In this document: positions 27,570-40,203 of the stretch, piece by piece
How the letters are laid out: every line of letters begins with the position of its first letter
How positions within the stretch are numbered: the first letter of the stretch is position 1
Source: Antedon mediterranea
Lineage: Eukaryota > Animalia > Echinodermata
NCBI RefSeq assembly: GCF_964355755.1
Contig: NC_092677.1
Span: forward strand, 14,096,101-14,160,100
Reading direction: 5' to 3'
Length of the DNA stretch: 64,000 nucleotides
Translations under genes and position numbers: made by a program
The notes under the pieces: model-generated
Database searches by the model: none
The model's input: only the letters and a program-made list of their open reading frames with translations
What the model was told of the DNA's origin: nothing

Positions 27570-27735
27570 ATTATTTATTTCTTTATACTGGGTAGGCTCT
27601 TCAGTCCAGAGGGCCCAGTTTTTATCTGTGGTTGTGTGTGACAGTGGTTGTGTGTGTACTGTACACCGAGGTAAGGGGCCTACTTGTCTCGAAAGATGTA
27701 CTGAGCACTGGACCACGTTGACTTGCCCTAAGTCT
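27570..27735 (-). mobile_element. SINE-like fragment on the minus strand
   Basis: tttatttatttcttt tail on + followed by a GC-richer body. Confidence 0.3.
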
Positions 27736-29008
27736 GTATTCATTGACTTTTTAAAAATTTATTTATGAAACGCCTTATGTCCCAAAATAATTATCGTTTT
27801 ACTTATCTCTTTCTACCACCAGAACTATGGAGCGAGCGAGTGAGCCTAGAACCCTTGCCGGTGTTTTGCCAATGTAATTACTGTTTCACGGCCATTTTGT
27901 TGTTTTAACAAAATTAATCCCTTCCTGTAGAAGAAACAACCGAAACAACAATTTTCTTAACAAAAAACAAATATTTTTTGGCAATATATATTTGCAAGGT
28001 TTACTCCCATCCTATGCTTCTATTCATATTATAATGAAACCCCTATTAATGTGACGCCTTTGAGGCCTAAAAAGTGTCCCTCAATGACAAACATTTCATT
28101 TTCAGTTTCGATTCAACAGTAATATATTATTTTAAAACTAATTAAAATTGTATACGATTTATCAGAAAAGGAATTACTGTGATACGAGATACAGGTAATG
28201 ATCTATTGTGATTTTTATTCGTTTAATCTTGTATATAAATATAACATTTTATTATCCGGGTTCTAAAATGAAAACAAACAAATTAAAATGAAAAACTCAC
28301 AAAGGGATTGTTCTTTCTGTGTAAAATATTTTAAAACGAAAAAGATGATAATGATGATTATTGTCAAGTGTATAGAAAAATATAAGAAAATTAATGAAAA
28401 AAGAGGTAATACGGAATTTCAAAAATCTAAAAATGTTACTGATGCATTGTAACGACATTTGGAATTAACAAAAATGTGTTAAATAATATGATTTTATGTA
28501 ATAACATGAGATAATATGAATCTGAATAAAAGTGGTGTTTGCGCCACAAAAGAGAGAGAAAAAAAGTTTATTATTACCTAGGCCTGTAGTAGTACTGTAT
28601 ACTGTAATTGTATTATGCATAACAACGAGACTGGAATTTTATTATTTTTGGTTCTAATTATAGAAATGCGAATAAGATGGGTTATGAAGATCATGATATT
28701 CTGATTTTCGATTTATATACAGTGCAATAATATAAAATCATTTTAGTAGAATCTCATAATTGCTTTAGTATTACGTTTCACGAGTATCGGGAATATGATG
28801 AATCGAATTTATACCCACACTACTAACACGCGTCGTACTTTTGTACAAAACAAGTGAACGTGGTGGCACAAATACTGTGTCTTCCATTATTTCGAATGTG
28901 TCACTATACTTACACTATTTTCACTATAGGCCTACTTAAATTGTTCAAATCGTTTCACTATCATCTCCGACTGTAGTAAATGTGTCCTAAGAGTTGAAAA
29001 CAATATAA

Positions 29009-29150
29009 AGCTCTGTTCTACACTATCAAATTAGTTTGACAAAAAATTTTTGATGTGCCCAAATATGGTAGTAATATGACATCAACATGTCCATATATGG
29101 GCACATAACATTTCCTTTGTCATATACAGTTTCATAGTGTAGACAAGGCT
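29009..29150. mobile_element. Harbinger-type MITE family A copy
   Basis: agctctgttctacactatcaaa ... atagtgtagacaaggct; same family as 40204-40330. Confidence 0.7.
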
Positions 29151-29956
29151 ATTGGTGATAACATTTATGGAGGAGACAGTTTTAGAATCAACTTAAAATT
29201 GGCAATATATATTTAAAGAGAAAAAAGTGATCTAATATTTTTTTCTCACTTCTGTATTCTACACTCACTCACTCACTCTTCATTCACGTGATTAAATGTC
29301 AAAGTTTACATGAAGTTAACACTAGTTCTAAATTGATCTGTGTTAATGTAATATAAGCACAGTTGCTACCTAAATTAATTTAATATTTTTAGGATACATT
29401 TTACCTAACCAATAATCATTTGTGAATACAACGGAACTACCATTTGTTTTAACTAGCTTTTAACAAATAAATCAAAGTCACAATATAATCAAGTCTAATT
29501 TGCCTGTGGCTAGAATTTATATTTATTTGACTATTAAAGGTTTTATCTCAATAGTCATAAATATCTGACCTTACTGAAACGTTATGTCAACTGTGTGTCT
29601 TAAAGCCAGAGGCTAAAATTAAATTACATGCGTTTTATTATGTTATTTCAAATTACAGATATATAGATTTATGTTTTCATTTCTAAGTGGGGTCAAAGTT
29701 AAAGGTATTCTTGTACGTGGTTAGGAAAACATAATTTGATTATTGTAATGATTATGAATTTTATCGTGGCATCAGAGTGAAGTATCGAAAGCCAATGCTA
29801 TCAAAACAATCTTGAAAAGATTAGCCCTGACGAAGGATTGGAAGGGAGGTCTGTTCATGTTTTTGAACATTTTTAAATTGCTTCTTTACTGTTGTGCCTC
29901 AACATTAGATTAGATTGATTGTTGATTAGGTTCATTGTAACCACAAATATAGTAGT

Positions 29957-30174
29957 GGAGCTGTAGCTTGGTGGTTAAAATGCTTACCTTCCGATCCCTT
30001 GACTCAGTGTTCAATCCTGGCCCAGTGCAAAGGTTGTAACTCGCGACTCTTTCAACTCCACTCCCTTGACTCATTAAAACTTAGTTTATAAAGCACGATC
30101 AATTATAAAATAGCTTATTATCCTGTAATTTACAATTACTCGCTGGTTGATACGATGAAATAAATAAATAAATA
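29957..30174 (+). mobile_element. tRNA-derived SINE
   Basis: ggagctgtagcttggtggttaa A box, tgttcaatcct B-box-like motif, (AAAT)n tail. Confidence 0.55.
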
Positions 30175-30560
30175 GCTATCATAATGTCCTATAGTTTAAC
30201 TGTATATAAATACCATCATTCATCATAGGCCTATTATTATAGATATATCTGGAAACTTGTTAACATTTGATATCTACTCGCGTCTTCACGTCGCATCGTT
30301 TGCGTAATTTAGCCTAATCAACAATTCGCTTGACCCTACTAAAATAGCCTCACACCAAGCAATCAACGTAAAAAAACAAAATAAGCATTGCATGTCAATG
30401 GTTAATGGAGGTGTTTTCATTTTTAAGTAGGGAGTCCATTCTAATACACTGCAAAGTGAGCGAACGGCGCGTGTCTGTGACTGTCGACGGCTGACTACTT
30501 TGCGGAACTTTAGGTGAGCGCATAACCTTCATCTATTTAGCTACATACGGATGTATATAA

Positions 30561-31072
30561 AGCTCTCTCTAACAAATACTATCAAACTTGATGTGATGTG
30601 CCCATTTATGGACATGACGATGTCATATCACTACCATATTTGTATTGTACCCCAAACATGAATAATAAAGATTCATAAAATCAGACTTTGAATAGATTAT
30701 TTTGTAGTTTTAAAGTTAATCAGTTCCGTAGAAAAAATAAAGAAAAAATCACGTTTTCACTTATAAAATGACAAAATAAATAATAAATAATAATAAAAAA
30801 TTAATAAATTCAATAAATTAAATCCATTGGCTGGCAATTTGACTATTTTTTTTGCTTTAGATTACAGTTTTTCAGGTAAATTCATTTTCGTTTCCATCTA
30901 ATTTTTTGCGTGGATAACTATTAGTATTAGGTGACGTGACATTAAAATGACATATCCAATAAACATTTTTAAGAATTATTTTTTTCAAGGGACAATACAT
31001 CTTTAAGCATAACTACCATATTTCGGCACATCACACTTTTGTCACACTAGTTTGATAATGTAGACAGAGCTT
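30561..31072. mobile_element. MITE family A copy interrupted by a Kolobok-type element (~30640-31002)
   Basis: family A left half 30561-30640 and right half 31007-31072; Kolobok end GGGACAATACATCT|TTAA at 30989-31006. Confidence 0.7.
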
Positions 31073-31179
31073 AACAATGACATAAGGATGGATATAATAA
31101 GAATGACATAAGAATGTATACACTTTGGTGAAATAAATAAATTAGGCTAAACGAGGCTAAGAATATAAAAATGGTTAGG

Positions 31180-31505
31180 TTTCACAATTAATAACCTCTT
31201 ATCCTAACTTATTAAAGATTAGTTGTCGCCATTAAGAAATTAAAATGTTTGTTAAATGTCAAATAGTTATTCAGTTTGACCAAAAATTGGACTGAAAAAA
31301 CTGTAATCTAAAGAATAATTTTAAAAAATAGTCAAATTGTCTGTCAGACAATGGTTTGTGGTTAAATTTAACCGTTTATTTTTTCTTTTTGTAGGCTATA
31401 AGTTAAATCATTATTTTGGGTTTTTTCTACGGGAAGTGAATAACTTTGTCAAAAGCTTAAAGTCCGATTCTGTAAATGTTGTTTTTTGGAAGAACAATAC
31501 ATTAC
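31180..31505. mobile_element. Degenerate Kolobok-type copy, inverted relative to 30640-31002
   Basis: shares aaaactgtaatctaaag...atagtcaaattg with 7184-7517 and with the reverse complement of ~30830-30875. Confidence 0.55.
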
Positions 31506-32305
31506 AATTAACAAAGAAAGAATGGTAGTACAATAATATGTATATAAGTAGTTTTATTACTGTAATTTAGGTGTGTCGTCATATTTATATCTTAGATATC
31601 CGGAGTTCAGTTTGTTTTTCCCTGAAATCCGTCTGTAAAGTCGGTATTCTGCCATCAGATTTTACAAGCAACTATACTATTTTCCATCTCACATATCCAC
31701 TGTATTTAAGCCTGTAGTTTTAACTTATATGCGGAGTGTTTGCTTGTACACGTACAGTGCTGTAAGAAATATCCAAACCGACGTATATTTCTAGATTTTT
31801 AGTTATTGTTATATTTGAGCCAGGGAGTAAGGTAAGCAACATACGTCACAATCATGTTTAGGGTATTATTATGTAGGCATGCTTGGGGAGGCGACAACCG
31901 TATGCTAAACGTATAACAATGATAAATAGCATTGTGGCTCAAAACATCGAATATCTTCCTATACTATAAGTCACTAACAATAACATATAGATAACACTTG
32001 CGACTCACAATGTCGACTATCTCTAACTGAATTAAGTCACTATACAACAGGATAATGATTATGTAGGCATTGGATTGTATCTCGTAATTTGTTACAAATT
32101 AGCTATTATGCTTGAACGTAACGCATGGGTTCCGCTGCGTATATCCATGGTCTATCAACCACCCCGTGAAGGGGGAATTATTGGTAACGTTAAACCTATA
32201 TGAGTGAAATGACATTATAATAATACGAAACAATCAAGGGGATTCCGCGACTGATTTTCCAGCTGGATCCAAAGGGCCAATTCGGTAGAGGATTATTTCC
32301 AGGAC

Positions 32306-32530
32306 TACTTACTTACTTGATACTTGACCTTTTATTTCTGGGGAAGGGTCCTCAGTCCTCTTTTAAAAGATGCCACTGATGATGCAGAGACAACTTCAGG
32401 CTTTAGTAAATTCCAGCTGTCGAAGACTCGATTGCCAAAAAAATTACTTTCCAACGTCGGAGTTATATTTTACTTTTTGGATCTGACCTCTAAGACCAGC
32501 ACGTTGGGAAAAGTGGGGAACGGGAGGTTG
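32306..32530 (-). mobile_element. CR1/L2-type LINE 3' fragment
   Basis: minus strand reads LRGQIQKVKYNSDVGK*FFGNRVFDSWNLLKPEVVSASSVASFKRGL, typical ORF2 C-terminus (FFxNRVxxxWNxLPxxVVxAxSxxxFK); (AAGT)n tail. Confidence 0.8.
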
Positions 32531-32980
32531 TTTGTAGCAATTATTACCATATTTGTATATTTCAATTAAATAATTTTTTTTTCTCCTTTCCTCAAGTGTA
32601 CGCATTTTTATTTCAGTTTGAAAAAGTCGTAGGTCTTTTTGTTCCGTCCCTTCTTCAAGATAAGATTCATTTAATGAGTAAGTCTGACATGTTTTATCCC
32701 GCTACCCAAGTTCCAACTGAGCAGCCAAACATAGGTCTATTCGTACGGAGACCGGTCGAACAGTTTACTATTCTACACTCTGCGTATTGCGAAAATGAAT
32801 ATCAAACCAAAGGTGAAACCTTCGATAACAATGACCTCTTAATAGGGATTTGATGTCCCATTAATAAGGGCTGGTCTATATAGTGCTAAAACACATATTT
32901 CCCCTCATTGTTTCAGGGGAAATTTACCCCTTATAAAGGGTGTCCCAAAGAAAGAGGTTCCCCCAAAAATGTTGATGAAA

Positions 32981-33287
32981 TGGCTCTCACTTGAAGGCAA
33001 CGCAAGTAATTTGACCAATCACGAGTTGATTATGGATCATCCATCGCGCCGTGGTTGCCTTGCGCTTACATCCTTGCGTTGCGTCTAAAACGTGGTTCCC
33101 ACTAGCGACGCAACACAAGGACGTAACGCAACGCAAGTGAATTGACCAATCACAAGCGATGGCTTATTCGCTTGTGATTGCTAACTGTCTATAACTTCGC
33201 TTGTCATTGGTTAAAACGCTTGCGTTGCGTTTACGTCCTTGCGTTACGTTCTAGTGGGAACCAAGCTTTAGTGCGAACCAAGCTTAA
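32981..33287. mobile_element. Harbinger-type MITE family B: one copy (33089-33267) nested in another
   Basis: TIR tggttcccactag / ctagtgggaacca with TWA flanks; outer right end gtgcgaaccaagct resumes after the insert. Confidence 0.75.
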
Positions 33288-36200
33288 ATGTTTGTTTGAA
33301 AACTAAAAGGGCGTGCAATGAAAAAAAAAGGATTTATATATAGTCTGCATAAAAATATTAATGTATGTATTATCGGTGAAATTTGTTTATTATTACTAGA
33401 TTCACTGAGTATCACGTATACTCTACTCATTGATGTCGATATGAATTATAAATTGTGCTTAGTGTGTTTGAATATATAATGTCCGAAAAATGTATGTGAG
33501 CAATACAACCGGCTTCTGTTTTGTTAGGCCTATATTTGCCTATAGTTTTAAAATTGTCCTATCTACTGCATAGAATCATGTTTTTTAAAAAACATTAATT
33601 TAATCTTTTACCCGTGTACCATCCATGAATAAAACATGTTCGATGTGTTGAAAGATTTCTTTTTAAAAACAAGATAACTGGCTTGTCGGTGTATGTAATG
33701 ATTTTAAGAAACTAAATGTGTTTGAATCTCCATAAATTTAATTTAAATTGTGGTCTTTTTAAAAAAATACCGGATAAGTTGTACATGTATGTTAACCTTT
33801 TTTCAATTTTTTTTTAAAATCTCTCTAGAAATATCAAAACCAATGGATGAATAAAAAGAATTCTAATCTTTAATAATGTCGTTCATAAATAACAGATAAC
33901 ATAGCCGGTGAGGATGTATGACCAAGAAACCTACAGTACGATATCTCATATAAAAAGATTTATTATTTCGTGTCCAAATGTATATAAACTTCATTTTTAC
34001 TTTGGTTAAGATTAGTAAAAGAATGTTATAGATATTGCAGCCGATTATTCAGCTGTCATTAGGTAAATCGTAACTGATTATTGACAGTCATCTAGATACG
34101 AGTAGAGTCTGGTATGGTCAGTTAGGATATACAGTACCTACGATCAGCAACATCATCGGTGCCTATGGATTTTTTTAAAATTAATCTTTTTATGTCTAAG
34201 GCAACCAAAATTGATTTGGTTGATCGTATGTTTTTTATATAAGCAATTCGCATTACTGTGTTTAAATGCATAAATGTTTTTTTTCGATGAGACGACGGTG
34301 CATCTTTAAATGTTTAAATATCTATTTTTAGTAACTTATAATAAGTACATAGCATGGTGACGTAGAGGTGACGGCAAACAGTCGTCTCTGATGGGATTTC
34401 ATTACAGAAAACTAAATAAATGATGACCAAACCATTATAATTATACCGGAATATTTATGGAAATTATAGAATATTTTAAACTTCAATAAATTTAATACAT
34501 TCTTGCTGTAGGGCTCTGTAAAATCAACAGTTTGTGGAATTAAATGTATGCACTTTAAATATGTATCTACTCCTGCAGGCTTACGTTATCATTAAGTATT
34601 ATTAATAATATTTAATCTGTAGCAATTTGAATTCGGCCTTTCGAATATGATCATTGAAAGCATGCGCATGCGCGACTATGGTTTATTAAATAGCAAAGAA
34701 ATGTTAGAGACAGAGTTCTGAAAATGAGTTTTTAGTTATTGTCCTGTGTTATGTTAGTGTTTCGATGTTTGTCAAGCTTATGTGTTATACGCATGAAGCG
34801 CCATATGTGCCAAAATGTTAATCTTTTTACTAATTTACGGTCTAGAGCCTAGGCTAACTGGTAATGATGCAATAACTTAAAAGCACGGAGTCTGGCAACG
34901 TCAAATGCAATTTCCGGCTAAATGGGATCGACAACATCGCAGTAACTCCTAGTAGTTTTAAGTTAATTTTTCTTGAATATATTGTGATGTGTGTCCCTAG
35001 GATACTTAGTGTGTCACATGTTGTTCTGTTTGTTAATGTCATTCGTAGCATTGTCGACGTTTTGATGTTAATATACAATAATACTATAATGTACAGAACA
35101 CTTTGCGCCCAAAAGGCTTTAAATCGCGTAATTCATGATATAAATTTGAACAAAGAGTGGGGAGACGAAAGTTTAGCTTATTGCCTATTCAAGTGCGCGT
35201 GACTAATTGCGCTTTCAATAATATTATTTGAGTATTATCTTTAAGACCCCGGCAACGACCCACTTCTACCAAGTTTGATGTGGCAATTCGGTAACGGTCA
35301 CCCCTTACCAATTAACACAGTCATGCATATATGAGTTTTGATAAAATATTACTTAGTTGGGTGCATGTTCTTGTTTCTGCTTTTCCATTTGACGCAACCA
35401 TGTGTGTCAAGCTAAAAAGGCCTACTGTATAATATATTAAAATATAAATCACTCTAAATCATAAGTTTTATGACAGTGTGTCTGTCTATGATTTATTTCT
35501 TGGCTTTATTTTAATTGTTCTAATCAATCATCATTCTACTTAATCAATATATAGTATATCCGTCATTACATATTAATTTTCTACTATATTCAGTAATAAT
35601 GTTTGGTAGACACTTGACGTGTTAATGTTATACTTTTTATACTGTTATACAAACAAACTGAGGATCTATATCTCGACATATATGTCCAGTATCGTATTAA
35701 AATTGTGTCACATATGACACCTGTATCATGAGTTAGGCTTTTGCTCATGATACAGGGGTAACGTGTGATACACATGTGATGCTGTATTACAGAATTTGCC
35801 TATGGTAGTGTAAATATCATGGATATAGATGCCTACTGAGAATAGTAATAGTAATAGTATAGCTAGTATTCAAACCCCATTTTGACCGTTGTTCATAATA
35901 AAGAACAGTTATTGTAAAATGAAATATGAATACCCTTTGACAAATATACCTGTGTAGACATATTAATGCCTATAGTAGACAGTGGCGTCACGTAGCTGAT
36001 GCTAATATAACAGATACTGTGTATATTATAGATGACATCAATAATATACTGTAATATAAACGATACTATATCCTTTTGTAAACCCGAAACTTTACAAAAT
36101 ATCAACTTCTGACATGTTAAGTAAAAAATGTAGCAGATATGATTATATATTTCAATAATGAAAGGATTCAACTTCGTAACAATTGTGTGTTTAACGTTTT

Positions 36201-37619
36201 TTCCAAATGTATTTAATGTATTACTATTAGTTTTATTTTGGTAAACTGTGTTACACCTTTATTAAGGGACGCTTTCCCGTTTAACGAACTCGAGGTCGAG
36301 GAATTATTTTGAACAATACAAACAACTTGGGTTTCAAATGTGTCCCTTTTATCTATATATAAATTATGGTTAATTCTGACATAGGCGAGCACAATGCAAA
36401 AACTTTGGTACAAATCTCCGCCTTGGATACCTACCTTATCTATCCGAGATGTACCGCGAAACGTAGATTTGATAACATTAGTGTGCACGCCGACGCTATT
36501 GTTCCATATTTATATCTTAGGAAGATATTATAAAGAGTTTTTTAACAACATTTATGATTTCAACATTGGATTTTCCTCTCAATTTCAATTCTTCCCGGTC
36601 AAAGTAATTTCCGGGTTTAAGATAAGTTCACCTTAGTTTCAAATATTTTCTCTCTTTTATACACAAGGGAGCAGTTAAAATAATAGATTTGACCCTAAAG
36701 GTGACTGGAAACAGGCACTTTCCATCAATCAATACAGTGTCCCTTTGGAAGACGAAAAAAAAATTGGCCATTAATCATAGCCATTTCAGTTTTTTGTTTA
36801 TTTTAAAACATACCACACGTGTGTGAAGGTACAGTAGTTAAATAATAGGAATTATACTGCAAATTAATCAAGATCAAATTAAATATACGCCATAAAGAAT
36901 CAGAATATATTGTGGGGAATAGTATTATAAAATTACATAGGGAGATTTGATAAGACATTTTTCGAGTGAAATCTCGATAGCTGAGTTTTATTGAGTAAGC
37001 TTGCAGGAATAACTGTAGGCTATCTTCCTGTGTCCCGTTAGGACCGAGATGTCTGCCCATGTTGCAAGCCGTAATGTCTTCTTTCTTGGGCCCACTCTGT
37101 CACGGCAGTTAGTTTCAAAAGATGATTAAATTAAATAATGTATTAATAATTATTAGGATGGTATTCATTTGAATAAACGCCTCTCCAATAAAACATCACT
37201 TTGAATAATAACCCCCCCCCCCCCCACAACCCAACTATCTAATAAACGTCCATCCACATATTTATAATAACACAATTATACTATTTGTAGTAGAATTCAC
37301 CGCACTGTTATCTGCAATTTACCAAGCATTTGTTATTCTTTTTTACCACTTTTCATATCTATGAGAGGATTTCATTTGATTATAAATGTTACCATATTAT
37401 TAGAACTAAAAAATTTAACATATGTCCCTCGAATAAGCACCTCCCTCAAATGACCTCCGCCTCCCCAAAGGGCCCTACCAAACAATAAAAACTATACTTT
37501 AAAATGTTATTAATCATCTAAAACACTGTGAAACAAAGTAGTTCAGTTTTACGAATGTCAAGCATTTTTAATAATGGTAACCGACAGAAAATGTATAAGG
37601 AGAACATTGTCATTCCGAG

Positions 37620-37674
37620 AACCATCGTCTACACTTCCTAGAGGGGGAGCGAGCGAAGCGAGCTCACCCTCTAG
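37620..37674 (+). mobile_element. Helitron-like 3' terminus
   Basis: GC-rich hairpin gagggggagc-gagcgaagcga-gctcaccctc ending in CTAG followed by T. Confidence 0.45.
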
Positions 37675-37775
37675 TAGTACAAATTTACGTTAAAAAAATA
37701 CATATTGGGGGTGCACGGTAACCCCTCCTTCCTACCCTATGATAGGGGTTCTTATGATTTCATAACTATATACGT

Positions 37776-37912
37776 CGTCTATAACACTATCAAACGCTAT
37801 GTGACAAAAAATGTTATTTGCCCATATATGGACATGATGATGTCATATCACTACCATATTTGGGCATATCACTACGATATTTGGAGACATCGCAACTAGT
37901 TTGATAGTATAG
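37776..37912. mobile_element. MITE family A degenerate copy
   Basis: cactatcaaac ... gcccatatatggacatgatgatgtcatatcactaccatatt ... gtttgatagt. Confidence 0.65.
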
Positions 37913-38557
37913 TTTCAATTTAATTCTCAATATTGAGTGACGTCAGCTTTTTAAACTACTGTCATTATGGCATTGTATTCCTTATTTTAGCAATGGCTTT
38001 TATGACGTCTGATGAATGTTCTTTCAATTACGTTTACGACATAAATATAAAGATAAGAAATAAAATCCATTAAAATTGTTGTTGCTCATAAAATAATGTT
38101 TCAGATTTGTTATGACGAATGGCAGTCGGTATTGTTGATAATGGTGAAAGCATTTACCATGAGTAGAATACGACTTTTGCCATTAAATTGATGGCCGTTA
38201 TTAAATTGCAGAAATTAGTGATTAAAACAATAGATTACGTACGTGCCAGTTTGTATGTCTATCTCTGTGAGTCGCAATTATGATGGTGTAGACTTACTAG
38301 GCTAGGTCTAGTGATATGTGTGCCCCTTGCTGTCGCTTTCTGCACTTTTTTTGCTAAGTATCAAACATTCGCTTAGTAACCACGAGCGGTTTATCAGAAC
38401 TGTCGATTGCGATTGATCAACTCATGTGCGTTGCGCTTACCCCCTTGCGCGCGTGAAGTGTAAAAAAATGTAATAATCGTTGATTTATCTTCTAACTACT
38501 AGCTATCGAACATAAACAACTTGTGTATTTGAAAACTAATTTGTTTATTTCTTGCAG

Positions 38558-38605
38558 CAGTGATATCTTTACTCATCTTCCATGGTTCAAGCCAAATTGT
38601 CGGAG
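38558..38605 (+). CDS. NETO: Neto exon 2 (signal-peptide core), NAGNAG acceptor
   Basis: ttgcag|cag ... gag|gtaaag; AVISLLIFHGSSQIVG resembles human NETO1 VASLIILHLSG. Confidence 0.8.
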
Positions 38606-38769
38606 GTAAAGTTTAATTTTATTTCACATTTTCACTCGATTTAGACTAGAAAACCGAGGGTCTTTGATTTTGACACTTATGTTTAAAGGAAAGAATAAGC
38701 ATACTATTATTGTAACGCTACACATTTACTATATTGTTGTCGGAACAGTTTAAAATAGTATTGAGCCTA

Positions 38770-38926
38770 AAGCTCGTATGTGCCCATACATGGACATGAT
38801 GATGTCATATCACTACCATATTTTGGTATATCACTACCATATTTTGGTATATCACTACCATATTTTGGTATATCACTACATCATACTTTTTCGTCAAATA
38901 AAAATGTGATAGTGCAGACAGAGCTT
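38770..38926. mobile_element. MITE family A copy with internal 21-bp tandem expansion
   Basis: (tatcactaccatattttggta)x3+; right end gtgcagacagagct. Confidence 0.7.
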
Positions 38927-38964
38927 AAGCTACAGAATGAAAGTATGTTTATATTTTCTTTTAG

Positions 38965-39132
38965 GGGATGAAAATCCTTCGATGGAATCAGATTTTCCCT
39001 ATCCTGGTTACTATCTAGAACCGCCTTATTACGAAGAATTTTCGAATGATACCGGTATGTCTGGAAGTTTTTATAGTCCTTTTTACCCAGAGGAATATAT
39101 CACGAACGATGAGCAAGTATATTTGTTTAAAG
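38965..39132 (+). CDS. NETO: Neto exon 3 (start of CUB1)
   Basis: tttag|...|gtaggt; ...GSFYSPFYPEEYITNDEQVYLFK matches the CUB GxFxSPxYPxxY motif. Confidence 0.9.
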
Positions 39133-39230
39133 GTAGGTACTGTAAAAAAAGTTATCGACAATTTATTTTTATGAGACCAACTTTTCTAGTGCTCTTTATT
39201 ATTATCTTTAAATTATTTTCAAATTTTCAG

Positions 39231-39479
39231 CCCCCGAAAATTACGTTGTTGAATTTTCTTTTCCAACTGCCCTTTCAATGGAATCATCAGAAAATTGTAA
39301 GTTTGATAGGTTAGAAATCAGAGATGGTATGTTTGGATTCTCGCCGCTTCTTGGTAAATTCTGTGGCAGTGGAAAGCCTTCTCCCTTCAGAACGACTGGT
39401 AGATATGCCTGGGCACATTTTATAGCTGATGATATGATCGATGGAGAAGGATTTCACGCTTCTTATGAATATATAAAAG
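39231..39479 (+). CDS. NETO: Neto exon 4 (CUB1)
   Basis: ENCKFDRLEIRDGMFGFSPLLGKFCG matches the NETO-diagnostic CxFDxxExRDGPFGFSP motif; canonical splice sites. Confidence 0.95.
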
Positions 39480-39664
39480 GTCAGTTAATATTATTCATGT
39501 CAAAATACAACAATCACTACTAACTATACAGTTGATCATTGGAGTTTTCGATTTGCGTCTACTGGGACCTCTTTATGTTTTGTTGGTCGTGGCATGGACC
39601 ATAGGACGCTACGTCATTTATTTGTTATTCAGTACCAATTCATTTCTTTTTGTTTTCTGTCTAG

Positions 39665-39694
39665 TTGAACCACCACCCGAGCCACCAGAACCAG
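39665..39694 (+). CDS. NETO: Neto exon 5 (30-nt Pro-rich CUB1-CUB2 linker)
   Basis: tctag|...CAG|gtaatt; VEPPPEPPEP; phase 1-1. Confidence 0.85.
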
Positions 39695-39755
39695 GTAATT
39701 TTAAAAGAATTCAAATTCAAATTAAACAATAATTTTGTGTAATAATAGTTTCTTA

Positions 39756-39913
39756 AACTTGGTTCTCACTTTGATGTGCGTAGGCGCAACAGAATAGAGA
39801 CGATTGACCAATTGCAATCGCACAATCAGATGATCCATCGCGTCGTGATTGGTCAAGAAGTTACTTGTGATACACTTACGCCTTTGTGTTTTGTCCCAAT
39901 GGGAACCAAGCTT
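39756..39913. mobile_element. MITE family B copy
   Basis: aacttggttctcact ... atgggaaccaagct; partial copies also at ~17820-17910 and ~42796-42880. Confidence 0.65.
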
Positions 39914-40034
39914 TAATAGCTTTCAAATCATAGCATAAGTCTAACAAAATTGAATTATTTTCTTAACCATTTAGATTGCGTTTAACTATGTATTATTGCG
40001 TTTAACTATTTGTTTATTGCATTTAACTATTCAG

Positions 40035-40174
40035 ATTGCGTTTTTATGCTAGAAGAACAAGATGGAATTATTTCATCGTCGGATTTCCATAATTTATATA
40101 ATATGTCGGGTTTTTCAGCAGATGATGAACTGGAGTGCGTCTGGATAATTTGGCCAAGAGCGTTAGGTTACAAG
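40035..40174 (+). CDS. NETO: Neto exon 6 (CUB2 N-half)
   Basis: DCVFMLEEQDGIISS...LECVWIIWPRALGYK; ttcag|...|gtatag. Confidence 0.9.
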
Positions 40175-40203
40175 GTATAGAAACATAGGTCTGTCTTATG
40201 TTA

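Noticed and set aside
13224-30030. tRNA genes at the A/B-box sites (13227, 19965, 29960)
   Set aside because: No acceptor stem or anticodon arm can be folded; treated as SINE heads.
30440-31840. Further Neto first coding exons at donor-like sites 30514 (GTGAGC) and 31832 (GTAAGC)
   Set aside because: In-frame stops lie just upstream in the phase needed to join exon 2, and there is no suitable ATG.
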